A stretch of 63,487 bases of DNA, filler included, from Reclinomonas americana ATCC 50394 (lineage: Eukaryota): the NCBI GenBank assembly GCA_048213135.1. It is 11 parts of 11 records of this genome, joined end to end, with 100 filler letters (N's around TTAATTAATTAA, not from the genome) between each part and the next. Parts side by side here need not be neighbours in the genome. Positions count along the whole stretch, not along the records: positions 1 to 16,797 come from AFZH01017146.1; positions 16,898 to 22,937 come from AFZH01017148.1; positions 23,038 to 25,349 come from AFZH01017150.1; positions 25,450 to 32,982 come from AFZH01017151.1; 7 more parts are not named here. The stretch is one strand, 5' to 3'. The notes under the pieces were generated by a model. That model ran no database searches, was not told where the DNA came from, and saw only the letters and a program-made list of their open reading frames with translations. Of the stretch, positions 14,101 through 25,941 are shown piece by piece; the first letter of the stretch is position 1, and the number at the start of each line of letters is the position of its first letter. Position numbers and translations under genes: made by a program.

Positions 14101-16797
14101 TGCTGCTGTCAGCCTCGTTTGTGGGCGACATCAGATCGCGCACGGCCACACGCAGCCCGCTTCCGCTTCCGCTGCCACTCCCAGTGCGGTCATCGGTACC
14201 CACAGACGAATGCTGCGAGTCGACATCAGAGTGGCCTCCACCGACCTGCGCTCGCATCGAGTTGAGCAGACACAAAAAAGGAGGAAATCTGAATAACATG
14301 CACACGCACCGAGCCATCAGACGACTCGTTTACGGCATCGCCGGCCTCAGGGCGGCGACGAGTGCCACGTCGACCGTTCAGACGCTTGCGGAACTTGGCG
14401 CACATCTCGGTAATGGCAGCCAGGCGAGCTTGTAGGGCCTGTCGGCGCGCCTCGCCATCGCTTGCCGACTGCGCGAATAAAACACGCACTGAGCAACTGG
14501 CAGTCACGCACTCTTTTTCCGAGTGGTACGCACCGCTGAATCGGCGAGCAAGGCACTGAGCTCCAGGCTCACGTCCTCAATCACCTTGGCGGCATGACGC
14601 AAGGCTGCGCACATACACGCACGAAAAATTCAGATGACCATACGAGAAAATGATAAAAGGGGTTCAGCGAGTCACACCGGTGAAGAGGAGGCTGAAGAAA
14701 AAGTCGGATTCCTCCGTCGACGGCATAAACTCCGCCACATGCTTGTGCACAGCCAGGAGTGCGTCGGCCAGCTGCGGTCGAGGAATGGCGTCGAGCGTCT
14801 TCCGCACCACGTCAATCTCACGATTCCTGCACACATCAATCCACTCCATGAGTACATCACCTCTCCTCAATCGAACACCGGCGCTCACCTGAGGCCCAGC
14901 GTCAGCGCATGAACGTGAATCGAGCCTTGCTCCCACGCGTTGAGCTCGGAGAGACGCTCGGCCGCCAAGCTGCCCTCGAAAATGATCAAGTTGTTCACCA
15001 GCTGCTGCGGTGCTTGCTGCACGACACACGTGAAGAGTCCCTCCTCGTTCACGTAGTACAGTCCGTTGCGATCGAACGGCACCACCAGCGTCTTGCGCAC
15101 ACCCGGCGCCACCGGCAGCACTCGAACCTGCGCGGCGTGTGTGTGTGAGTGAAACTGAGAACTGCCTATCCGCCAACAACACGCTGTGCACGCAACGTCC
15201 CCGCTCGCGGCGACATTGAGGCAGCCGAACTCTTCGGCCGCCGCAGCCACCAATAGCGACGGGAGCAAGACGACACGCGGCGACAGCGACGCCACCAGTG
15301 CACCTCGTTGTACGTGCAACGACCACGGAGTGACCAGTGCAAACTGAGCGCGTGATGCGTGAGGCGCACGCATTCGCGAGGAAATGGAGACAATCATGCC
15401 TACGCACCGAAGACGACTGCACTTTGTGCGGATCACGCATCCAGTACGACGCGGCACGCACTGCGCTGGCGTGAGCTCCTCGTGACGGTGCAATACTGGC
15501 CCGCCCAACCAGCGCGGAAATACGCCGCTCGGCCGGTGCTCCGCCCGCCGACTTGATGGATGCGGTCAGCTCCGAACGCGGAGTCACCATGTGCAGCCAG
15601 CGTTCCACCGGTTCCGAGACAGTGTGTCGTCGACGCTGCATCACTGCACGATGTGAAGCAAAAAAACATGCAGTGTGGTCAGCGAGTGCGCACTGAACAG
15701 TGATGCCCGCCACATCCACGCAACGACTGTGGCCGTCCTCCAACAGCGCACTGCGCGTGTCTTGCACCGCACGCAACACCGCCAGCGTCTCTGGGCGACT
15801 GTCAGCATCGCTCTCATCTCGCGACTCATCGCCGTCATCATCGTCGCCGTCGTCGTCCTCCTCATCGTCGCCATCCTCCTCATCTCCGTCCCCATCGTCA
15901 TCGTCGCCGTCGTGCGCACCTGCCGCGGTTGGCACGAAGGGTCAGCACATCGCACAGGGAAGTGTGCCTCTATACATACACACACAGAGAGATGTCCCAC
16001 CAGCTCCTGCCGCAGCAGAAGAACCAGAGCCGCCCGCCCCACCAGCAGATGCTCCTCCGCTGCCGCGACGAGCAGCAGCAGCAGCAGCGGCGGCTGCTCC
16101 CCCTCGACCACGCCGCAGTGTCCACCCTCGCGAGGCGAGCGCGGCAAAGTACACGTCCAAGTCGATCAGAACCGACTCGCCCGTCGCCGAGCACACCACC
16201 GACAACATGGCCATGTCGGAACTGGCCAGAAGACGATCAAACACGGGCGCGGCAGTGGCACGCTCCGAGTCGTCCAACCACGGAAGAATCCGCACCGCAA
16301 AGTGGAAGCTATCAAAGTTCCACACTCCTGCCCCCCACACATTCAACACACGTGCGCGTGAGCGAACCATTGCCCTGACCGGCAAACGACGAAGAAACAG
16401 ATACACACGCACCGATTTCGCCCTCGGTGGTGAGCACAAACAGAAACTTGCGAATGGCCACGGCATCGACGACGGCAAAGTCTGCTCGCCGCATGCCCGC
16501 CGCCTGCACCGCCACCGACTTGGCCGCCACAGAAGCAGCCGCGGCCACATTCACCGCCGCAGCACCACCTGCTGTCGTCGGAGCACCAGCAGCAGCAGCA
16601 ATCGCAGCAGGGGCGGCCACCAGCGGCGACTCCAGCTCAAACGATCCCAGAATGGAGAGACTGCAGTGGTCCACCAACAGCACCAACACCGAGCGCGCCA
16701 GCACTAGCAGAATCGATCCAGCAGAGTCGACCACCGCCAGCGGAGCACGTGCTACACCAAAGCATGTGAGCCTCATCGACCGACCTCCTGGCACACA
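5191..16797 (-). CDS. SPG11: Spatacsin (SPG11)-like protein, many exons, 5' end lost in gap
   Basis: C-terminal signature LVRLLTSIRQYHRLQFLFEILLEHDQFELVLRK..LALATYVQDHYPADDEKLTMIYLRFQMFRALGE matches the spatacsin C-terminal domain. Same-strand exons with helical-repeat character continue for ~11.5 kb. The 5' extent is inferred. Confidence 0.8.
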
Positions 16798-16897
16798 NNN
16801 NNNNNNNNNNNNNNNNNNNNNNNNNNNNNNNNNNNNNNNNNTTAATTAATTAANNNNNNNNNNNNNNNNNNNNNNNNNNNNNNNNNNNNNNNNNNNN
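16798..16897. other. Assembly gap linker
   Basis: N44-TTAATTAATTAA-N44 (stops in all six frames). Confidence 0.98.
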
Positions 16898-16910
16898 CAC
16901 GACGGAGGAC

Positions 16911-16961
<51 letters not shown>

Positions 16962-19900
16962 ATGAGTGGCAGACACAACGACTGGAAGCGAGCTGCTGCT
17001 GCTGCGTAAATAATGCTCACCGGCTTGCCGCGCTCGAACAGGTGATCCATGAGGTACATGATAGACGTGGTCTCGGCCTGTGGCACGAACATGTTGCTGA
17101 CTGGCAGCTCGGGATCAAAGACGAATCTGTGGCGTGGAGGTCGAGTGTGAGATGACGCTGTGCGGTATGTGCGCGCAAGTGCTTGCACGAAACGGCTTGA
17201 TAATGTCGTTCCAGCGGCGGAACTCGTGCGTCTTCGGATCAATGTAGAAGTCGTACACGGTGCCATCGTCGGGGAACTTGATGAACTTCCACTCACGCCA
17301 GTACTTGTTGAACGAGTTGCTGGTATGCAGCAGTCAGGCGCGGATTTGTATACAAACCCATCGAAAGAGTATAACACACACACACACTCACCGGTAATCG
17401 AAGCCATCCTTCGGGGCGCACGCGCCACCAAACGCCCACACGCAGCAGAAGCAGAAGTACTTCTCCACCAAGTCCTTGTTGAACACGCGCTCCTCCTTGC
17501 CGCTCTCGTCGGTCACCATAATGTACTGCTCCTCCTCTTGCACGTACGGGAGGAAGCACTCGAGCAGGTTGGTCAACGTGCCGAGCATGTCTGCAAGTGT
17601 GCCACGAATTCAGTAACAGAAAGAGAGAGGCGGTCGGTGACAAGACACAGCGGCGCAACTCATGGTCGACAGCGGCACAATCTGCTTGAACGACTTGCGC
17701 ATCGACTCGACCACCATGTCAATGTACTTGCCCATCTGCAAAAAAGAGGGAGAGAGAGAGAGAGAGAGTCAGCAGGTGCATGGAGAGAGGGGAAAAGCAA
17801 CCAGCGCCTCCACTCACCAAACCGTGCAGGCATGAACGGTAGTCGGGCACATCGGAAAAGTTGTTCACCCAGCTGGTGAGGAACGGCATGTAGCCAATGT
17901 CCGTGTCGGAGATGTAGATGATACCGGCACGCGACACCGTGGCGGGCGTGGCGTAGCGCAAATGCGCAATCTCGAAAATCATACGCATGTGGTCCTTCAG
18001 CGGAATGCGATCGTTGTTGGCCAGCGTCAGAATCTTGTTGTCGTCCATCACAGAGTTCATCGACTCGATCCACTCCGTGTCCAGATCACCGTCCAGCAGA
18101 ATCCACTTCGGCGTGGTGTCGGGAATCTCACCCAGGTCACGCATAATGGTGGACAGCAGACCGTCCTTCCACTCCTTGGTGGCCGGGTTGGCGAAGCCGT
18201 ACAGTTCGTTGGAGGTGATGGCCTTTGGGTTGAGGTCCTTCACCGTCGTCTTCTTGCCGAGGGCGGTGTTGGCCTTGGCCAGCGACTTCCACAGCACACT
18301 CTTGCCGACACCAGTCTGGCCAATGACGAAAATAGAGTGGCGCACACCGAGCAGCTCCTCCAGCTGCACGCACTTAAGCACCAGGCCATCCTCGGCCTGG
18401 TAGCCCAGCTTGATGATCTCGTCGCGGCACACTTGCTCAAAGTTGAGATCCTGCTTACGCGGCAGATCCAGGCCCGGGAACAGATCATTCATGAGACCCA
18501 TGAAGATATCGTCGTCCTCCGTCACAATCTGTGTGTGCATCACAGTGTGATTACAACTGGCAGGAGACAGGTGGATAATGTTGAGGGAACTTGCCTTCGG
18601 CTTGTTGAAATCACGAAGAGCGCGCATGAGAATGCCTTCCTCGTCAATGTCGGGCTCGGCACGCTTGAGAGAACCGGCGACGACCAGCACGGACTTGATG
18701 GCTCGGAGACCCCAATCGTAGTGATCTTGCTTGCTGCGCGAGGGGAAAAGGGGAATACACACGTTCAGCACGCGGCAAGCACAGCTGTTTTGCAGCAGGT
18801 GATGGGGCGACAAAACCTCAAAAGATCCTTGTTGAGCATGTACAGCGTGATAAACTTCTTGGCCAGACGACGGGCGTCGAGGAAGCCTTCGGCCATTAGC
18901 ATATTTTCGCAAATCAGCTCCAGATCGGGGACGACGACCTATCCGCGCGCGCGCGCACACACACACACACACACACGCCATTTCGTCAGCCACACACCAA
19001 ACTGATAAAGTGCAGCCAGCACAACGCAACAGTCACAGGACGGAAGAGCGCCTTCAGCGACTCGGGCAACTCGGTACGACCAAGGTAACCGGGGTTCATG
19101 GTGATGAACGCGCCGACCGTGGAATCGAGAGCCACCTCCTCGCCAGGGAACTGGAAGGTGGTGCGGCCTTCACGAATGGCATCGAGAATGGACTTGAACT
19201 GGGTGGACACGACAGACAGCACCTGTGGGAAAGGAAACAAACACACTGTCAGTGCAAGGGGGAGCAGTGATACTGCTGGTGGCGATTGCAACGCAACTTC
19301 GACGGAGATGCGGTTGAACTCATCGAAGCAGCCCCACGAGCCGGACGAGGCCAGACCCTTGAAGATATCACCGAGCGAGCGGTAGTCCATTTGATCGGAG
19401 CAGTTGAAGACGTACACAGGCTTGCCGAGCTGACTGGCCAGATCCTTGGTGGTCTCCGTCTTGCCAGTACCGGCGGGGCCGGCGGGCGCACCGCCCATGA
19501 TCAAGTGGAGACTCTGCGTCAACGTAATGTCTGCGAGAGGAGGAGTCAACAAGCAAGTGGCAGAAGGCAGCAGCAGCAGAAACACAACACGCAACAGATA
19601 CGATCTGTCAGAGGCGTAATGACGAGACGCGGGCCGTTGCCGAGGTACTCGTAGCCGTACACAAAGTGCGCATCGCAAATGTTGATGTGGCAGTGACCGT
19701 CCTTGTCGTCCCAGCGGTTGCGCAGCTGACTCTGCCAGCCAAAGGCCTGCGCACTCTCGACCTTGTCGCGGATAATGTTTTGAATCACATCACGCGAGTG
19801 CACATCGATGGTGACGAGAGACATGATCTTCTGACGATCGCCCCTTGACAGTTCGCCTTGGACCATCTGCAAGGGAGAGATAGAAGTTGAGGACTATGGT

Positions 19901-22737
19901 TGAGAACAAAAACAGTAAAGAGAACAAGGGGCGACGCAACGCGAATAATGTTGTTCAGCTGCTCGATCTGCTTCTTGTTGTAGTCCTTGAGGGCGTTCTC
20001 GTTGCCTTCGTCAATGGCCTCGTAGGCCATGACCACTTCGGTGGCCCAGTAGATCTGCGACACGACCAGCACGACCTGAGCGGGGAACTTGAACAGCCAC
20101 TCCTCGCGCTGCGTCTCCTCGTAGGCCACCACAGCGTCGGCGATCTTGGCACGCACGGCCTCTTGCATGGTGTACGTCAGCTTGTTGAGCCAGTTCTCGA
20201 CCTGGCCCTGGCACACCATGGACTCGGCGAACTCGACAAACTCGCCCTCCTTTGAGTACATGCCAGTGGCCGTCTTGGACTTGTTGCCCTGCGCGTCCTC
20301 CTCGAAGTGCAGCGTGGCCATGGCCTGGTACAGCTTGGGGATCTGCTTCATGACGGCGTGCGGCGACTGACCGCCGACAGAGAGCACGTCGAGCAAATCG
20401 GGCACACTCATAAAGTAGAAGCGCGGATATGCTGCAGCACAAGAGCCGGTCAGCACTCTCGCTATCACAGTGACACATCATCACGCCACTCGCTCACCCT
20501 TCTTCTTCGTCTCCAGGTACTCGTCGAGACGCTTCTCGCACTTGCTGAGGCCGACCTTGAGCTCGCTGAGCTTGTCCTCGAGACCAGGCTTGACGCAGGC
20601 CTCGATCACATGCGGCGTCTGTGAAAAGCACACGCACGTGAGATCACGCATGGCAAGGTGACAGGAACACTACGCTAGACACACGCACCTTTTCAACGTC
20701 GTACAGCAACACCTTGAGGTCTTCATCGATACCATCGAAGCGGTGAGACTCCTCCGGCAGCTGCGCACGGATATCCTCGGAGCCAATAAAGATGTTTTCC
20801 AGGTAGGCCCACGTGCGCTGCACGTCGAGGAACACGTTGAGCACAGTGTCGACAGTGCCGAGCTTCTTGATCCACGCCTCCACTTCTTCGGCAAAGATGC
20901 CGATGAACTTGGACGTGCTCATTGCCTGCACCACCATCTGATCCTGCTCGAGCGTCTCGACCACTTCCTCCGTCACCTGTGGTTAACGCGTGCAAGTCAG
21001 CGACTGCGGAAGCACACAGGGCAGAGCAGGCTAGCACACAAGCAGCGACGCACCTTGATGAGCGGAATGTCCGTGTCCTTGTGCTTCGTGTACTCCAGGT
21101 GCATGTCCTTCCAGTGAGCGTCCAGCTCCTTCAGCGACTTCTCCATCGAGTTCTCCTTGTTCGACTGCTCCACAATCGTCTCCACGTCGGCGACAAAACT
21201 GCGCAACAATACAAAGAGAAAACTTCAGCCTCATTCTCCTTTGCGCGCGAAATAGACGCGCCCGCCCCCCTTGGACTTGACAGAGAAGAGAACAAAAGAA
21301 TCTCGGACGCTGCTAGTGGCGGCGAGCGAGTGAGGCTTGCCGCACCGTCGCCAAAACATTGCGTCCTTCGAAAGTCACCGCCACCACCACCACGATCCCA
21401 CGAATACACAACACGGCAGGCAACTCACCGATGCAGCTCGAGCTTCATAAGATCCTGCAGACGGAAGTCCTTGGAGAGCGTGAACTGCACGCCCGTGGTC
21501 GTCATGAGTGCGTTCCAGTGACGCGGACGCATGGCGGGGCTGCGAAGCAGTGTGATCAGCGGCAGCGACACTTGGAAGTTGCGGACCGAGTCCTCGAGGC
21601 CGACAAAGACGTTCCAGGAGCGCACGCGCTTGTCCAGCTGGCGAATTTCCTTGGTCAGCTTCTTGCTCTCCGAGTCAATGTAGTCGGTGTTGACATCCAG
21701 GAAAGGAATCTTCTCCCAGTCGCCCAGCTGGTACTGCACGAGGCCGACCACATCCCACACTTGCTTGAGCAGGCGGAGATCCGAGCGGCACTCCTGTGAA
21801 GATCAAGCAAGAAATCAAAAAATAGAAGACAGAAGGTAACGAATGTGGCGTCGACGCAACTGTCAGCGGGTACGCATTGTACGGCATGAGCTCGAACAGA
21901 TCCTGCTTCTCGAGGAGCACCTTGTGCTCGCCCTCCAGCGACTTCACTTCGACGTTGAGCACGTCGAGAGCGCGGTACGCCTCCTCTGGCGGCGTCTCAT
22001 AATTCATCGGAGCGCGCGCCAAGAATGTCTGGCGGTACTTGTCGAGCTGTGTGCGCAGAGGCGAAGAGCGGTGAGAGCCCGGGCTCACGAGAAGAGGAGC
22101 AATGCCAGACACACAAACCTTCTTGCTGAACTCATCCTCCAAGCGCTGAATCAGAGCCATCTGCTGGCTCTGCAGCGGCGACAGAGTCTCCTTGGCCTGG
22201 AACACCAGCTTGGCCAGCTGACCCCACTTTTCGGGGGCGGCGTCGAGGTCCTGCAGCGTCTGGTCGCTCACAGTGCGACCAAACTTGCGCAGCAACACCG
22301 TGGTCTGCTTCAGCGGCTCGAACATGCCCTCGGTGCTCTGCTGGCGCTTGCGGTAGTGCGACAAGTGCTGCATGGCCGCCACGAGTGCGTGGTAGTCACC
22401 TGCACACAAACACGCACACACAAGACAATGAGAGGGGCAATCGATTAAGGGGAAAGAATGACTGATGAACACGGACCGCCTTCGACGGGATTGCGCAATC
22501 CAGCCGTGGTGTCTCGGCAGAACTGGTCGAGAGAGCGCAGCTTCTCCGCTACGTCCTTCTCGAGGTGCTCCAGGAACATGTAGCGCCAGTGCTGGGCCTC
22601 AACCGACAGCGCCTCACGCGCCGGTGTCAAGTCGACCGACACCCAGCCGTACGAGACATTGCGCGGGAGCGCCTTGACGTCCTCGATCACGGCGCCGTAG
22701 CGCATAATCGCCTGATCAAAGTCATCCAGTACCGGGG

Positions 22738-22825
<88 letters not shown>

Positions 22826-24448
22826 CGACGTACGACGACGACGAACGTACGTACGGTACGTACGTCGTGTACGTACGACGACGACGACGACGACCGTACG
22901 TACGTCGTACGTCGGTCGTCCGTCCGTCTCGTCCGTCNNNNNNNNNNNNNNNNNNNNNNNNNNNNNNNNNNNNNNNNNNNNTTAATTAATTAANNNNNNN
23001 NNNNNNNNNNNNNNNNNNNNNNNNNNNNNNNNNNNNNAAAGTACTTGGCCAGCGGCTCCAGGCACCGATTGACTTCCTCGGCCTCCTCCAGACCTGCAAT
23101 AGAGTCACACACCGAGTCAGCGCACGGCACGACTGCGTATGGAGATGGAGTTGCGTCGACGAACCAGTCTGCAAGTCGCGCAAGAGCGTCTGGAAACCCA
23201 TCAAGTAGCTGCTGTTGGTCAGGCTCAAAATGCGGAAGATCTTCTGGACCTTCTCGCCCTGCAGCTGCTCGTGCACGTTGCGCAGGTCGCGCAGCTTGCT
23301 GTCCCAAAAGTTGACCTCGGTCATGGTGCCGGGGTGGTGACCCGACGACTCCATGGCCAGCACATTGGTGCCGGACTCGGTCTCCAGCAGTTTCTGCATG
23401 TGCGAGGCAAAGCACAGGTGGTGAGTATCGCCTTCCAACTCCAATCCCACACTCTTAGGAACAGCGCGTGCGCACCTTGACTTGCCGTGTCCACGTGACC
23501 ACCGCCGACTCGACATTGTGCACGACGGTGCGGTCGCGCGCAGCGTCCTCCACCGACCGCTGCTCCACCGGCGGCAGCGGCAGCTTCGTCTGGCCCTTGG
23601 TCTTGCCGACAAAGTACGACAAATCGCCAGAGAAACGATAAAACTGGCTCAGCACGTCGGCGGTGAGCACCGACGGCCACCCACTGCGGTTGCCAGAGTT
23701 GCGCAGCAGTGGAATGTAAACATCCTAGCCACGCAAGCGAATGCACGTCAGCATCAGGAAAAAACCGTACACGCATGTGAGCGAGAGACGCGCCTGTACA
23801 ACAGAGTAGAGCTGGTCGAGTGGCGAGGCCGAAAGGTCCTCCCACAGCACCTGCTCCGACATTTTGTCGGCCTGGATCGTTCTGTGACGCACACAGAGAG
23901 AGAGAGAGAGACAGTCAACAACCAACGTCAACTGCTCCGTGGTGGTGGTGAAGGACGCGCACGCACCCTGCCTCGCGCTTGAGGAAGACCACGGCCTTCT
24001 TCTTGAGCTGCGGCGGGAACTCCAGTGCCGGCTGCAGCTCGTCCTTATCTGGACTCAGATACAAGACCAATCGCATGGCCTCAGAGCCCTCCAGCCACAA
24101 CAAAATCGTGCGTCGAAGCTCTTCATCCTCAGACATCTTCTTCCATTTGCCTTCTTGGATCTTGAGAGCTTTGTGTGTGTGTGGAGGAGAGAGTGAGTGA
24201 GCGAGCTAAAAAAGATGAGACGAAAATGATACAACAGCCAACCGCGCGCGCACTGATCGTCACTCTTATAAACGCACTCTCACTGAAATCATGACTCTGT
24301 CTCTCTCACCTGGCAGTGTGCGCTCCATCAACCACGCGATGCGGTGATCGGCCTCCACATGCTGTGCACCAGTCGCAGGTGAGCGAAAAAGTGTGTGCAA
24401 GTGTGAGAGAGAATGAGTGGCCATTTCACACACCTCGTCCTCGTCCAT
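16898..24448 (-). CDS. Axonemal outer-arm dynein heavy chain (beta/DNAH9-17-like); N-terminal tail to AAA2, interrupted by a gap and 3'-truncated
   Basis: AAA1 [75 protein letters not shown]2 [39 protein letters not shown]-terminal [15 protein letters not shown]. Putative start MDEDE at 24448. Confidence 0.95.
22740..22823. repeat. (CA)n microsatellite at contig end, within a dynein intron
   Basis: Perfect CA run. Confidence 0.95.
22938..23037. other. Assembly gap linker (inside the dynein gene)
   Basis: N44-TTAATTAATTAA-N44. Confidence 0.98.
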
Positions 24449-24792
24449 GGTGTTTTGCAAGTGCACTCACGCACTGACACACACACACACGCACTAACAC
24501 ACGCGTCCACCCCTGCGACTCTCACAAAAAGCGCGCCTCGCTCTCTCGCTGTGAAGTCGTTGCAAGTGACTGTAGAGCGAGCAAGCGCGCGAAATCCGCG
24601 TCAGTTATCGCGCGAAAAATAGCTCTTGAGGAGAAAACACAGACGCACGTGCAAGACGTGGGATAGGCTACTGGGCAGGCCTTCGGTGTGCGTGTGAACA
24701 AGCAAGGGAGTTTGCGTGTTTTCCGCCGAAAAAACAAAAGAAACGCAGGGAAATTTCGCATGCTGATGTACAGTGACGCTGCGATCTTTGAT

Positions 24793-25349
24793 ATGGAGAG
24801 CGAGACATTGCGACTGGCCACGCGCAAGTCACTGCTTGCACGTGCGCAAACCGACCTGGCCGCTGCGCATCTGCGCGCACATGTGCCCTCTGTGCAGGTG
24901 AGAGGGAAAAAGGAGAGAGAGAGAATGCATGATGCACTGCAGTTTCTCTCTCTCACACACACACACACACGCGCGCGCGCAGATTGAAGTGGTGCCGATC
25001 GAGACTGCGGCGGACTCGACACTAGCCGAGGCACCGCTGCAGCAAATAGGGTGCGTGAGAGTGCCTCTGTGTGTGAGAGAGATGTTCGAATTTCCGACTC
25101 TGTGTGATGCGTCGCAGAGCATCGGCGGGTGACTCGTCGGGTGCATTCACCCGCGAGGTGGAGCGTGCTCTGTTGCGCGACGAGGCCGATGTGGCAGTGC
25201 ATTCGCTGAAGGACATGCCGACGCTGGACCCGGCCGGCCTCATGCTGAGTGGTGTGCTGGAGCGCGAAAATCCCGCCGACGCACTCCTCTACCCCGCCGG
25301 TGTCGACATGCCCGACGCAGTCACCTCACTGGCCGCTGCGCTGCGTGCG
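24793..25349 (+). CDS. hemC: Porphobilinogen deaminase (hydroxymethylbilane synthase), 5' part, truncated by gap
   Basis: [54 protein letters not shown]; two introns. Confidence 0.93.
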
Positions 25350-25449
25350 NNNNNNNNNNNNNNNNNNNNNNNNNNNNNNNNNNNNNNNNNNNNTTAATTA
25401 ATTAANNNNNNNNNNNNNNNNNNNNNNNNNNNNNNNNNNNNNNNNNNNN
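25350..25449. other. Assembly gap linker
   Basis: N44-TTAATTAATTAA-N44. Confidence 0.98.
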
Positions 25450-25941
25450 TTCCCCTATTGTCTCTATGCAAATGAACTGGAAAGGAGGCGCGGGCGGTTT
25501 TGCGCCGACCCACAGCTCGGTGCGCCCCTCAGTGATTGCTCTGCTCTCTCTCCTCCCTTTCGTCTCCTCATCAATGAGCAGCCGCAGTCGCAGGGTTTGC
25601 CACTTGCCGTTCTCCCCACGAGTACGGCTGATCGATCATCTGTGCGAACCACGGAACCTGCTGCGAACGGTGGACCAGGCTCGACAGAGTCGCTCACGCA
25701 CGCGCCGACTGCGCCGGCGGGCAAGACTTCACTCGCCAACATCCCTACTGCCATTTTCCTGTCGCGCCCTTCTCTGACGCAGTCTGCCGACTTTGCCACG
25801 CTGGTTCTGAGTCCGCCACCAGTTGCCGCCGCTGCTGCTGACTTGGCCGCCGCCAATGCCCGGACGGATCAGTTGAGTTGCTGTGTGCGGCTGTTGCTGT
25901 GTGTTTTGATTTAAAATCCCCCGCCTGACGATCGATGCAGA

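Noticed and set aside
17962..19005. Long + strand ORFs opposite dynein (and similar ones opposite eIF4A and spatacsin)
   Set aside because: Antisense shadows of GC3-biased coding sequence with no independent motifs.
21365..21385. GAAAGTCACCG resembling RNase MRP/P conserved region I
   Set aside because: No matching CR-V partner was found outside dynein coding sequence, and the match is too short.
22824..22937. ACGACGTACG-type quasi-repeat at contig end
   Set aside because: Follows a long CA run at a contig end and looks like pyrosequencing flow-order (TACG) noise, not biology.
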